From the NCBI RefSeq assembly GCF_006345805.1, contig NC_043001.1, positions 62,434,001-62,498,000 on the forward strand: a DNA stretch of 64,000 nt, given 5' to 3'. The notes below the pieces were generated by a model. It ran no database searches. It was not told where the DNA came from and was given only the letters and a program-made list of their open reading frames with translations. The stretch comes from Octopus sinensis. Taxonomy: Eukaryota. The position numbers and the translations under genes were made by a program. Below, piece by piece: positions 35,438-48,709 of the stretch; position 1 is the first letter of the stretch; each line of letters starts with the position of its first letter.

Positions 35438-35537
35438 NNNNNNNNNNNNNNNNNNNNNNNNNNNNNNNNNNNNNNNNNNNNNNNNNNNNNNNNNNNNNNN
35501 NNNNNNNNNNNNNNNNNNNNNNNNNNNNNNNNNNNNN
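35438..35537. other. Assembly gap (100 N)
   Basis: Run of N. Confidence 1.
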
Positions 35538-38200
35538 TCTGGGACACCTGACAGGAAGAGATCCAGCTTCATTTTAAAGACATCTGCATCCACCCCATGC
35601 AGGTCTGTCAGGTTCTTCGGGAGGATATTCAAGAGCTGTGGGCCTCGGAAGCCCAGGCTATCACAGAATCTTGTCCTACATCTTGATGGCAGGTTTGGAG
35701 TCCTAGGCACACACAGTGGCGCCCAGTTCTGGCATTTGCGTAACTCTCGATGCCAAGTTCAGGACACGTCCCCAGGATCTTCCAGATGTATATTATGGCA
35801 TATCTTTCCGCCTACGCTCCAGGGAATATAGTTTTAATCTCATGAGTCTTTCCCAGTAGCTTACATTCTGCATAGAGGCTATCTTCTTCGTGTAGCTACG
35901 TTGGATCGCCTCGAGCTCTGTGATCAACTTGACACTGGATGGTGACCATAACTGAGAGCAGTAGTCAAAGTGGCTTAGGACAAGTGTCCTCCAGAGGACC
36001 ATCATGGTTTCTTGTTCTCTTGTTCTAAAGGTTCTGAGGATCCATCCGGCCAGTTGTCTACATTTCATTGCCAATTTAGCAACATGTACACGAAAGGTCG
36101 CGTCATCACTCATGTAAATACCTAGGTCATGCACAATTTGTGCCTCTGGGATTGCTATTCCTCCGGGTCCAGTGTATTCATTGGGTATTGCATTTAGTTT
36201 TGCATGCTGATAGTATAGAGCTTGAAACTTTTCAGCATTGAACTGCATGCTATTCTTTTCGGCCCACTTGTATATTTTGTCCAGCTCACATTGCAGGTGT
36301 TTTGTGTCCTCAGGGTTCTGTATTGCCTGTGAAACTTTTGTATCATCTGCATAACTTGTGATCGTGGCTCTCTGCGTAGCTGAGGTCATGTCTGAGAGGG
36401 CCATTATGAACAGTAGTGGTCCCAGAACAGTGCCCTGCGGAACACCGCTCACTATTTGCGTGTTGTGGCTACTACCACCTGACTTCTATCTTTCAGAAAG
36501 TCAAGAAGCCATTCTCCCAGTTTTCCAACTATGTTGAGATCACGCAGTTTCTGACATATCAATCCATGATCGACTTTATCAAAGGCCTTTGCAAAGTCGA
36601 GATATATCACTTCCACATTTGAGTGGTTGAGCAGCCGTTTCAGCACCCAGTCATTGTGTTGTAGGAGCTGAGTTAAACAGCTTCTCCCTGGTCGGAAACC
36701 ATGTTGGGTGTCGAGCAGCAAGTCATTCTCTTCAAGGAAGGTGATCAGCTTCCTTCTGACTATTTGTTCCATGACCTTGCTGCTGTGTGAGGTCAGAGAG
36801 ATAGGTCTATAGTTCTTGGCTTCCGCTCTGCTACCTCCTTTATGAATGGGGCATATTTTACCTTCCTTCAGTTTTCTTGGAAGTTTGCCAGCTGCAAGGA
36901 GCTCTGAAAGAGGAACTGCAGTGGTCTTGCTAGGACTCTCTTACATGCTTTTAGGAGGATTGCCGGAATCCATCGGGGCCAGTAGCTGAGTCTGTTTTCA
37001 TTTCATCTATAGCCTTGATTACATCGTCTTCCTTTATATCGATGTAATCTATCATCGCCGCCTCTGATTTTATATCTGCAGTGGTAAAAAAGTCAGTTGG
37101 ATTGGTGATTTGGAGATGCCCAAGGGGTGGAGTGAAAACACTCTTGAATTGCTCATTCAGTATTTCACTTACCCTCATTGGTTTTCCTGTAAGTGTGCCA
37201 TCCTTTTCGAGGAGTGGCCCTATTCTACAGTGCACCGTAGCTGTTTCTTTGGCATACCTGTAGAAAGCTCTGGGGTTAGATTTTATGTTGTCTATAGTCC
37301 AGGCTTCTTTGTCTGCTCTTTCTTTTTCATGGGAGAGTTGCAGACATTTTTCGATTTCCAACAGTTTTATTTTTAGGCGGGACTTTTCACTGCTTTCAAT
37401 CTGTTTGTTTAGGCGATTTGAAAATTTTGTACGCCGTCTCATTAAAATTTTCCTCTCTCTGGGGATTTTGTTCTTGTGTACAGTGGCCTTTCTCTCTGGG
37501 ACACATTTGTAGCATATGGCTTGCATTACAGACATGAATTTTAGAAGTTTCACATCGATGTCTGGCGAGGAGAGACATTTAGGCCAGTTTTGTTTGAGGA
37601 TCTCTTTCTCAATTTGTTTCCAGTTTGCCTTATGGTAGTTCAAGCTGGAAAGATTTTGAGGGTTTCTTGTAGGCTGCATGTCCGTGCTCTCTTTTGGCCC
37701 GTACATGGTCAGCTCTATCATGTTGTGATCTGAGAGTAGTGTCGGTGTCACTTTCACATTATGGATGAGATCGATGCCATTTGTAAAGCAGAGATCCAGT
37801 GTGTTACCTGCCCTGGTTGGTTGGAGTATTACCTGCTCCATGTACAGGGTGTGTGAGAGGTTCAGGAGGGACCTCGCCTGTCCTCGTTCACATCTTGTCA
37901 TTCCTGGGAGAGAAAGGCCCTCGGGCCATCTGACATTGGGCAGATTGAAGTCTCCATAAGAAGTACACTTATGTGTTGTTCTAATGTGGTTAGAACTTCT
38001 ATTTTTATAAGGCAGTCTTCAAACTTGCCCACATGGCTTGGGGCATCTGGAGGGCGATATGTAGCACACACAACTACATCAAGTTGCCTAATATGTACAA
38101 TTAGTGTGTCACACACCGAGTTTGAGTATGACAAGAGGACCTGGGGTGTGAGGTCCTCACGGATGTACATAGCAACACCTCCATGACTCCTTTTCTGTAA
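35538..38200 (-). mobile_element. CR1/L2-group LINE copy 2 (part of APE, RT), frameshifted
   Basis: [61 protein letters not shown]. Confidence 0.92.
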
Positions 38201-38276
38201 TATTATATATATATATATATATATTATGCTGTATATATATATGTGATATATATTATATATATAATGTGTATATATA

Positions 38277-38321
<45 letters not shown>

Positions 38322-38350
38322 ATATATATATATAATATATATATATAGTG

Positions 38351-38401
<51 letters not shown>

Positions 38402-38433
38402 TATAATGTATATATATATGTATATATATATAT

Positions 38434-38471
<38 letters not shown>

Positions 38472-38636
38472 ATATATATATGTATATATATGTATATATG
38501 TATATATATGTATATATATATATATATATTATATATGTATATATATGTATATATATATGTATATATATGTATATATATATATATATATATGTGTATATAT
38601 ATACATATATATATATATATAATAATATATATATAC

Positions 38637-38667
<31 letters not shown>

Positions 38668-38746
38668 CATATATATACATATATATACATAGATATGTAT
38701 ATATAGTGTTATATATATATATATATATATATATATTACTCGAATA

Positions 38747-38787
<41 letters not shown>

Positions 38788-38914
38788 TATATATATATAT
38801 ATATACATATATATACATATATATACATATATATATAATATATATATATAACATATATATATTATATATATATATATATAATAATATATACATATATATA
38901 TATAATCATATATA

Positions 38915-38947
<33 letters not shown>

Positions 38948-39034
38948 TATATACACACACACATATTATATATAATATATATATATATATTATACACTAC
39001 ACACATATATATATATATACACATATATATATAT

Positions 39035-39082
<48 letters not shown>
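38200..39082. repeat. (TA)n-rich microsatellite
   Basis: Direct reading. Confidence 0.95.
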
Positions 39083-39084
<2 letters not shown>

Positions 39085-39592
39085 TCATCATCATTTAACG
39101 TCCGTTTTCCATGCTATCGTGGGTTGGACAGCTGGATGCCCTTCCTAACACCAACCACTCCGTGAGTGTAGTGGGTGCTTATTACGTGCCACCAGCACGG
39201 AAGCCAGTCAAGGCAGTGCTGGCATCAGCCACATTCGGCTGGTGCTTTTTACGTGCCACCAGCACAGGTATCCAGCTACGATTTCCATTTGATTTTTATT
39301 TGAGGTTGATGTACTTGACACAATAGGTCTCCTCAAGCACAGCAGGTTGCTCTACGACCCAAGGTAAGCACAGCAGGTCGCCCTGCAATCCAAAGTACTT
39401 TAGATGGACTGGGGCTGCTATGTGAAGCTGGTGTAGGAAACAGCCATGAACTCACGTTATTCGTCGGGTCTTCGCAGTCACAGCATATCTCCAGAGATCT
39501 CGGTCTTTTGTCATTGCCTCTGTGAGGCCCAACATTCAACGGTCATGCTTGACCACCTCATACCATGTCTTCCTGGGTCTACCTCTAGCCCA
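39083..39592 (-). mobile_element. RTE 3' fragment
   Basis: (CAT)n TTAACGTCCG... through CATGCTTGACCACCTC...GGGTCTACCTCT (GRGRPRKTW region). Confidence 0.85.
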
Positions 39593-39994
39593 GAGTCTAT
39601 ATATATGTATATATATATGTTTCCCAAAATCTCAAAATATTTTTCAATTCTATCTCAAGATTTCGGCATTTGCTGTTCCATTAATTTATCTCACCAAGAA
39701 CCCCTATGAATTTCCTCCTTCTCCCTTGGAGTATTTACTGCTTGACCCCTCTCTCTCTCTCTCTCTCTCGCTTCGATTTACCACCAACACTTCTCTGTTA
39801 CACCAACACTTCTCCCCTTAAAGTAGTGCAAGCCCTGTTTTTTCCCCCTACTCGATTTTTCAATTCCTCTGCTGATAGAACACGGATCTCAGAAGATGCC
39901 GAGATAAGGAAAATTTTGACTTCTCAACCTCGTTCATGTTCTCCATGTTTAATGCGTAGATCGTAACCCTAATGCCCCCCCCCCATTCGTTCTC

Positions 39995-40045
<51 letters not shown>

Positions 40046-40429
40046 CTATCTATTTCTTTATCACGTAAACATAGTACCGATAGCTTCGTCTTCCTGTTTG
40101 TCTTAAGATCATGCATATCTGTTAATTGCAATGTTTCATCTATTTATCCTTCCTAACCAAGGTTATCATTTCGTTCATTCATTCTCTCTAATTTCTCTAA
40201 CCATAGTTTACAAGGGCAGAAGACGATGCTCTAGTCTAAACTTGCTGGTTCGTGGTACACCCGCCCTCCAACCCCTTCCACATTAGCCGGAAGTCTCTAA
40301 CCTATGTCTTCCTCGTTTACCTCCCGCGAACACTTCTAAGGGCCAAATGACACCCCACCCCTATGTAGGGTCTATTTGATCATATAGCGCGCGAAAATGG
40401 TGCATCGTCCGAAGGTTGTAGTCAAGTGT

Positions 40430-43400
40430 TTCTTATGAATTCTGTCAAATGTGAGCTTTCTTTTCAGGTACATGACACTGCTGTCCCTCATCCCAGGGTC
40501 TCACAGGCCCACACCTCCCACGCCCACAGAGTTGGTACACTTAACGTTGGCACACTGAAAGGTAGGTCTGGTGAGATTGTTGAGATGCTTGAGCTTGTAG
40601 ATTTGTGCTGCATCCAAGAAGTAAGGTGGAGAGGAGGTCCCGCTAGGTTCCTCACAGGCAAAGAACACAGGTACAAGATTTTCTGGGCAGGGAACACTGA
40701 TGGGGTCAGGGGCGTGGGTATACTGAGGAGAAATGCGTTGATAAGGTAATCGAGGTCGTCAGAGTATATGACAGAGTACTTAAGATTAGATTAATGCTTC
40801 ACCATACGTAAGCTACCATTATCTTGGCCTATGCGCCTCAGCCGGGGCTACCGGAGGGGCAGAAAGACAGATTCTATGACACCCGATTGCAGACTACCTC
40901 GTCGACGAACGACAGAGACCTTCTTTTTGTGGCTGGTGATTTCAATGGACATGTTGAACAACGTGCAGGGGGCTTCCATGGCATACATGGAGGCTATGGT
41001 TTTGGTTCCCGGAATGAGGAGGGAACCAGACTGCTGGAGTTCTGCAATGCAAATGATCTTATGGTTTGCAATACTAACTTCAGGAAACCTGCCCGTCACC
41101 TAGTCACCTATCGTTCTGGCAGACACACCAGCCAAATTGACTATATCTTCGCCAGAAAAAGGGAAAGAGGGCTGCTTATGAATGCCAAAACCTTCCCAGG
41201 CGAAGAATGTACCCCTCAACATAGATTAGTAGTTAGTGACTTTAGGATCGGGGCTGAACGGATGCCCAGAAGAAGACCAGCCTGGAGGAGAAGGGTCTGG
41301 AAGCTTAAAGATCCTGCAAATGGGCAGAGATTTAGAAACGTATTACTCGAAGCCTTTGATGAAACAGAAGGGGATATAGCTTCACATAATGTAGAAGACA
41401 ACTGGAGGTTTCTACAGGACAACCTGCTGAGAGCCACTGACCAGATCTGTGGGTGGTGCAAAGTCCCCACGCAACCCAAGGTAACATGGTGGTTGAACAA
41501 TGTGGTTGACAGGGCTATTAGACAAAAGAAACAGGCTTGGAAGGACTGGAAGAACGGAGGTAGCAGGGAACTGTATCAGACTGCCAGAAGGGAAGCTAGG
41601 AAACAGGTTTATTTAGCCAGAGGGGAAGCAGATAAGAAAAAAATTTGCCAATGTTCTGCACTGTGAGGACCAAAGACTTAAGGTATTTCGTGTTGCAAGA
41701 CAGTGTGTGAGAGAGAATCGTGATATGGTAAGAGAGAAATGTGTTCGCATGGATGATGGTTCACTTGCGCTAAATGAGGATGCAAACAGAGAGGTTTGGA
41801 GATGCCACTACGAAAGGTTGCTGAATAAAGAAAATGAATGGGATAAAGAGAGTCTGCCGAATGTCAACCCAACAGAGGGACCAGCTATCCGAGTTGACAG
41901 TTCCTTGGTAGTTAAGGCAATTATAAGCATGAAGACAGGGAAAGCCCCAGGCCCATCAGGAATTACTGCAGAGATGCTCAAAATATCTGGCAGTGTTGGC
42001 TATAGCCTAGTCACCCGTATAGTTAACCAGGTGATACACGAAGGAGTCATACCCAATGACTAGTGTAGCACCATAATAGTCAACTGCTACAAAGATAAAG
42101 GTGACGCCCTAGATACAAATAACTACAGGGGTATCAAGCTGTTGGATCAGGTAATGAAGGTTACGGAGAGAGTCATAGCCCAACTAATTAGAGAGAGAGA
42201 GTTAGTTTAGATGAGATGCTGTTTGGGTTTGTGCTAAGGAAAAGTACTACTGATGCTATATTCCTGGTAAGACAGCTGCAGGAGAAATACCTAGCCAAAG
42301 GTAAGCCCCTGTACCTGGCTTTTGTTGACATGGAGAAAGCCTTCGACAGGGTCCCCCGATCCCTTTCTGGTGGTCAATGAGGAAACTAGGGATAGATGAA
42401 TGGCTGGTGAGAGCTGTGCAAGCCATGTACAGGGATGCTGTAAGTAAGGTTAGGGTTGGCAATGTGTACACTGAAGAATTCAAGGTAGAGGTTGGGGTCC
42501 ACCAAGGTTCAGTCCTCAGCGCCCTCCTATTTATCATAGTCCTCCAGGCAATTACAGAGGAATTCAAGACAGGATGTCCCTGGGAGCTCCTCTATGCTGA
42601 CGACTTTGCTCTAATTGCTGAGTCACAATCAGAACTGGGGGAGAAGTTTCAGGTGTGGAAGGAGGGATTAGAATCGAGGGGCATTAGAGTCAACCTAGCT
42701 AAAACCAATGTTCTAATAAGTAGGAAGGTAGACAAACCACAAATGCCTTCAAATAGATGGCCCTGCTCGATCTGTAGAAAAGGCATAGGTAGAAACTCTA
42801 TAAGATGTACCCAGTGTAAGCTATGGACACATAGAGGTGCAGCAATGTCAAAGGAAGGCTAACTGGGAAGATAGTTTTTGTATGTGGCAGATGCTCAGGA
42901 GCAATAAACACTGAAAATCTGCAGAAAACAACTTCCGTCATTTTCCAGGGGGAAAAACTAGAAGTAGTTGATAGCTTCCATTATCTAGGTGACCAAGTCA
43001 GTAGTGGGGCTGGGTGTGCTGAAAGTGTAACTGCTAGAGTAAGAATAGCCTGGGCAAAGTTCAGAGAGCTCTTACCCCTGCTGGTGACAAAAGGCCTCTC
43101 TCTCAGAGTAAAAGGCAGACTGTATGATGCATGTGTACGAACAGCCATGCTACATGGTAGCGAAACATGGGCTGTGACTGCTGAGGACATGCGTAAGCTC
43201 GCAAGGAATGAAGCCAGTATGCTCCGATGGATGTGTAATGTCAGTGTGCATACTCGACAGTGTTAGTACCTTGAGAGAAATGTTGGACCTAAGAAGCATC
43301 AGCTGTGGTGTGCAAGAGAGACGATCGCGCTGGTATGGTCATGTGGCAAGAATGGATGAAGATAGGTGTGTGAAAAAGTGCCAATCCCTAGCAGTTGAGG

Positions 43401-44405
43401 GAACCCGAGGAAGAGGTAGACCCAGGAAAACCTGGGACGAGGTGGTGAAACACGACCTTCGAACTTTAGGCCTCACTGAGGCAATGACTAGCGACCGAGA
43501 CCTTTGGAAATATGATGTGTGTGAGAAGACCCGGCAGGACAAGTGAGTCCAGCCCACTTATGCATGTCTTTCCTCCCTTGGACACACAAAGACCTGTTGA
43601 GGCAAGCGAAGTCAAAATCGAACCTCATCCGACGACAGGCACCCATACCAACCTCCCTTCACTGGACACTAAACTCTGCTTGCGAAGACCTGTTGGGGCA
43701 AGTGAAATCGGAATCGAAATTGAACCAATCCTATGACTGGCACCCGGCAGTTGCCAGGACCGCTGGACTGACTCTTGTGCAGGTGACAAGTGAAGAAATA
43801 CCATTTTGACCCTGTGCTTGAGGAGATCTATTGAGTCAAGTACACCAACATCAAAATCAATGGAAACTGCAGTTGTGATCCCTGTGCCGGTGGCACGTAA
43901 AAAGCACCATCTGAACGTGGCCGATGCCAGCGCTGCCTAGACTGGCTTCCATGCCGGTGGCACGTAAAAAGCACCATCCGAATTGTGGCCGATGCCAGCA
44001 CTGCCTAGACTGGTTTCCATGCCGGTGGCACGTAAAAAGCACCATCCGAATCGTGGCCAATACCAGTGCCGCCTTCACTGGCTTCCGTGCCGGTGGCACG
44101 TAAAAAGCACCATCCGAATCGTGGCCAATGCCAGCGCCACCTTGACTGGCTTCCGTGCCAGTGGCACGTAAAATGCACCAATCCGATCGTGGCCGTTGCC
44201 AGCCTCACCTGGCACCTGTGCAGGTGGCACGTAAAAAGCACCCACTACACTCATGGAGTGGTTGGCGTTAGGAAGGGCATCCAGCAGTAGAAACACTGCC
44301 AGATTAGACTGGAGCCTGGTGCAGCCTTCTGGCTTCCCAGATCCCCAGTCGAACCGTCCAACCCATGCTAGCATGGAGAACGGACGTTAAACGATGATGA
44401 TGATA
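40430..44405 (+). mobile_element. RTE-clade LINE, near full length, decayed (copy 1)
   Basis: APE (GTLNVGTL, IQEVRW, AGDFNGH, SQIDY, QHRLVV), RT (KAPGPSG, GVHQGSVLS, LYADD, MLHGSETW, GRGRPRKTW), minisatellite 3' UTR, (ATG)n tail. Confidence 0.95.
43875..44240 (+). repeat. About 60-bp minisatellite in RTE 3' UTR
   Basis: About 6 units of GTGCCGGTGGCACGTAAAAAGCACCATCCGAA.CGTGGCC.ATGCCAG. Confidence 0.9.
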
Positions 44406-45059
44406 TATAACTAATGCAAAGAATTAGAAAATGGAGAAAACCATAGATTAACCTACACATTGATTGGATCACGTTTATAGCTTATTTATTAATACAAAGC
44501 ATGACAAATCTTACAGCTGTTTCTAATGACATTGCCAGAATGCAGTCTATACATAAATGCGAGGATAAAATTCTTCATCTTCATAGGGCATTCAAATTAA
44601 GGCAACGGATCTTCACTCGAGTGAAAAACAAGAGCATACAATATAAACAAAAGGGTGAAGCAAGAGGTAAGAAAACATGGCTAAGACACATAGTCTAAAA
44701 ACCCAATATGAAAATAAGTGAAAATAATTAATTATTTAACATCAGGGCTACAAAAGCATAGATGAAAGAGTGAGCTAGTAAAGATCTAGGGAATACAACA
44801 AATTATTAACAGGTGAGTACAATTAGAAGTGGGGTGTCAGGATGTTTAAAAAAGGAAGTTATCAAGAAACTATATATAAAGAAAATACTAATATAATTAT
44901 CAAAGGTCAATACCTATGGTAAAGGAATAAACTTAAGTAAAAATAAACAATTACTTACAGGTCTCCCATGTACACTTCAAAAGTCTTACGCCACCCCCCA
45001 CCATAAAAGGTAGTGATCATACATTGCAAAATATGATAGTGTAGTGTACGCGGTTTGAA

Positions 45060-48000
45060 CTTAAGTCTATTGTTTGTCTATAAATCCTGCCCAACGCGAG
45101 TTTTCTTTTCAGGTTCATGAAGCTACTGTCCCTCGTCCCAAGGTGCATAGGGCCTATACCTCCCACACCCTCAGGGTTGGCATACTGAAAGGTAGGTCTG
45201 GCGAGATTGTTGAGTTGCTTGAATGGAGGTGTGTTGATATGTGTTGCATTCAAGAAGTGAGGTGGAGAGGAGGTTCTGCTAGGTTCCTCACAGGCAAAGA
45301 ACACAGGTACAAGATTTTCTGGGCTGGGAACACTGAAAGGATCGGGGGTGTGGGTATACTTATCGCTGAAAAATGGGTAGATAAGGTAATTGAGGTAGTC
45401 AGAGTATGCGACAGAATACTTAAGATTAGATTAGTGCTTCATCATGGATTAGCAACCATTATATCGGCCTATGCCCCTCAGCCAGGGCTACCCGATGGAC
45501 AGAAAGACCGATTCCATGACACCCTACTGCAGACTACGTCATCGACGAATGACAGGGACCTTCTCTTTGTGGCTGGGGACTTCAATGGGCATGTTGGACG
45601 ACATGCTGGGGGCTTCCATGGCATACATGGGGGCTACGGTTATGGTTCCCGCAACGAGGAGGGAACCAGGCTGCTGGAGTTCTGCGATGCGAATAGTCTT
45701 ATGGTTTGCAACACTAACTTCAGGAAACCTACCAGCCTACCGATCGGGCCAACATACTAGCCAAATCGACTACATCCTTGCCAGAAAAAGGGAAAGATGG
45801 CTGCTTATAAATGCCAAAACCTTCCCAGGTATGTACCCACAACATAGACTGGTAGTTAGTGACTTTAGGATCAGGACTAAGAGGACGACCAGAAGACGAC
45901 CAACATGGAGAAGAAAGGTTGGAAGCTTAAAGATCCTGCGAATGGACAGAGTTTTAGAGACATATTACTTGAAGCCTTTGACAAAACAGAAGGGGATATA
46001 GCTTCACATGGGGGAGAAGACAACTGGAGGTCTCTAAGGGACAACCTACTGAGAGCCACTGACCAGATCTGTGGTTGGTGCAAAGTTCCCTCAAGACCCA
46101 AAATAACGTGGTGGTAGAACAATATTGTTGACAGGGCTATTAGACAAAAGAAACAGGCTTGGAAGGACTGGAAGAATGGAGGTAGCAGGGAAGTGTATCA
46201 GACTGCCAAAAGGGAAGCTAGGAGGCAGGTTTATTTAGCCAGAGGGGAAGCAGATAAGAAAAAATTTGCCAATGTTCTGCACCGTGAGGACCAAAGACTT
46301 GAGGTATTTCATGTTGCAAGACAGGGTGTGAGAGAGAATCGTGATGTGGTAGGAGAGTAATGTGTTCGCATGGATGATGGTTCACTTGCGCTAAATGAGG
46401 ATGCAAACAGAGAGGTTTGGAGACGTCACTATGAAAGGTTGCTGAATAAAGAAAATGAATGGGATAAAGAGAGTCTGCCGAATGTCGACCCAACAGAGGG
46501 ACCAGCTATCCGAGTTGCCAGTTCCTTGGTAGCTAAGGCAATTAGAAGCATGAAGATAGGGAAAGCCCCAGGCCCATCAGGAATTACTGCAGAGACGCTC
46601 AAAATATCTGGTAGTGTCAGCTATAGCCTAGTCACCCGTATAGTTAATCAGGTGATACATGAAGGAGTCATGTGTAGCAGCATAATAGTCAACTGCTACA
46701 AAGATAAAGGTGATGCCCTAGATACAAATAACTACAGGGGTATTAAGCTGTTGGTTCAGGTAATGAAGGTTACGGAGAGGGTCATAGCCCAACTAATTAG
46801 AGAGAGAGTTAGTTTAGATGAATTAGTTAGTTTCGTGCTAAGGAAAAGTACTACTGATGCTATATTCCTGGTAAGACAGCTGCAGGAGAAATACCTAGCC
46901 AAAGGTAAGCCCCTGTACCTGGCTTTTGTTGACATGGAGAAAGCTTTCGACAGGGTCCCCCGATCCCTTATCTGGTGGTCAATGAGGAAACTAGGGATAG
47001 ATGAATGGTTAGTGAGAGCTGTGCGAGCCATGTACAGGGACGCTGCTAGTAAGGTTAGGGTTGGCAACGAGTACAGTGAAGAATTCCGGGTAGAGGTTGG
47101 GGTCCACCAAGGTTCAGTCCTCAGCCCCCTCCTATTTATCATAGTCCTCCGGGCAATAACAGAGGAATTCAAGACAGGATGCCTCTGAGAGCTCCTCTAT
47201 GCTGATGACCCTGCTCTAATTGCTGAGTCACTATCAGAACTGGGGGAGAAGTTTCAGGTGTGGAAGCAAGGATTAGAATCGAGGGGCCTTAGAGTCAACC
47301 TAGCTAAAACCAAAGTCCTAATAAGTAGGAAGGTAGACAAATTAAAACGCCTTCAGGTAGATGGCCCTGCTCGATCTGTAGAAAAGGCGTAGGTAGAAAC
47401 TCTATAAGATGCACCAAGTGTAAGCTATGGACACATAAGAGGTGCAGCAATGTCAAAGGAAGGCTAACTAGGAAAATCGTTTTTGTATGTGGCAGATGCT
47501 CAGGAGCAATAAACACTGAAAATGCGCAGAGACCAACTTCCACCACATTCCAGGGAGAAAAACTAGAAATAGTTGATAGCTTCCGTTTCCTAGGTGACCA
47601 AGTCAGTAGCGGGGATGGGTGTGCTGAAAGTGTATCTGCTAGAGTAAGAATAGCCTGGGCAAAGTTCAGAGAGCTCTTACCCCTGCTGGTGACAAAAAGC
47701 CTCTCTCTCAGAGTAAAAAGCAGACTGTATGATGCATGTATACGAACAGCCATGCTACATTGTAGTGAAACATGGGCCGTGACTGCTGAGGATATGCGTA
47801 CGCTCGCAAGAAATGAAGCCAGTATTCTCCGATGGATGTGTAATGTCAGTGTTCATACTCAACAGAGTGTAAGTACCTTAAGAGAAAAGTTAGACCTAAG
47901 AAGCATCAGAGGTGGTGTGCAAGAGAGATGATTGCACTGGTCTGGTCATGTGATGAGAATGGATGAAGATAGTTGTGTGAAAAAGTGTCACACCCTAGTG

Positions 48001-48692
48001 GTTGAGGGAACCTGTGGAAGAGGAAAACCTGGGACGAGGTGGTGAAGCACGACCTTTGAACTTTGGGTCTCACCGAGGAAATGACTAGAGACCGAGACCT
48101 GTGGAAGTATGCTGTGCATGAGAAGACCCGGTAGGACAAGTGAGACCATAACCCATGGCCTCTACCTGGGATGTAGCCAGTCCACTTATGCATACCTTTC
48201 CTTCTTGGGACACAAAACTCTACTTGTGAAGACCTGTTGAGGCAAGTGAGAATCAGAATCAAAATCAAAATCAATCAACATCAATAGAAATTGTAACTGT
48301 GATACCAGTGCCGGTGGCATGTAAGCGAACCATCCGAACGTGGCTGTTGCCAGCACTGCCCCGACGGGCCTCTGTGCCAGTGGCACATAAAAAGCACCAT
48401 CCGATCGTGGCCGTTGCCAGCCTCACCTGGCCCCCGTGCCGGTGGCACGTAAAAAGCACCATCCGACCGTGGCTGTTTGCCAGCCCCATCTGGCAGCTGT
48501 TACAGTGGCACGTAAAAAGCACCAACTACACTCACGGAGTGGTTGATGTTAGGAAGGGCATCCAGCTGTAGAAACATTACCATATCAGACTGGGCATGGT
48601 GCAGCCTTCTGGCTTCCCAGATCCCCAGTTGAACCGTCCAACCCATGCTAGCATGGAAAGCGGACGCTAAATGACGATGATGATGATGATGA
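45060..48692 (+). mobile_element. RTE-clade LINE, near full length, decayed (copy 2)
   Basis: Same domains (ORFs 45074-45760, 46370-47188, 47689-47931) and tail as copy 1. Confidence 0.95.
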
Positions 48693-48709
48693 ATTAATAC
48701 TAAGAATCC

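Noticed and set aside
35330-35540. Apparent fusion of two CR1-like copies with a 14-nt duplication
   Set aside because: Adjacent to the 100-N gap, so the structure cannot be trusted.
40265-40350. HDV-like ribozyme candidate upstream of RTE copy 1 (TCCTCG, CTCCCGC, C-AAAT-GACAC)
   Set aside because: P1 is mismatched, P3 is incomplete and the P1.1 GG is missing. RTE 5' HDV-like ribozymes are known, so a consensus-level search is still reasonable.
43875-44240. CRISPR-like appearance of the RTE minisatellite
   Set aside because: Eukaryotic LINE UTR; linkers are short and related to each other; no cas genes.
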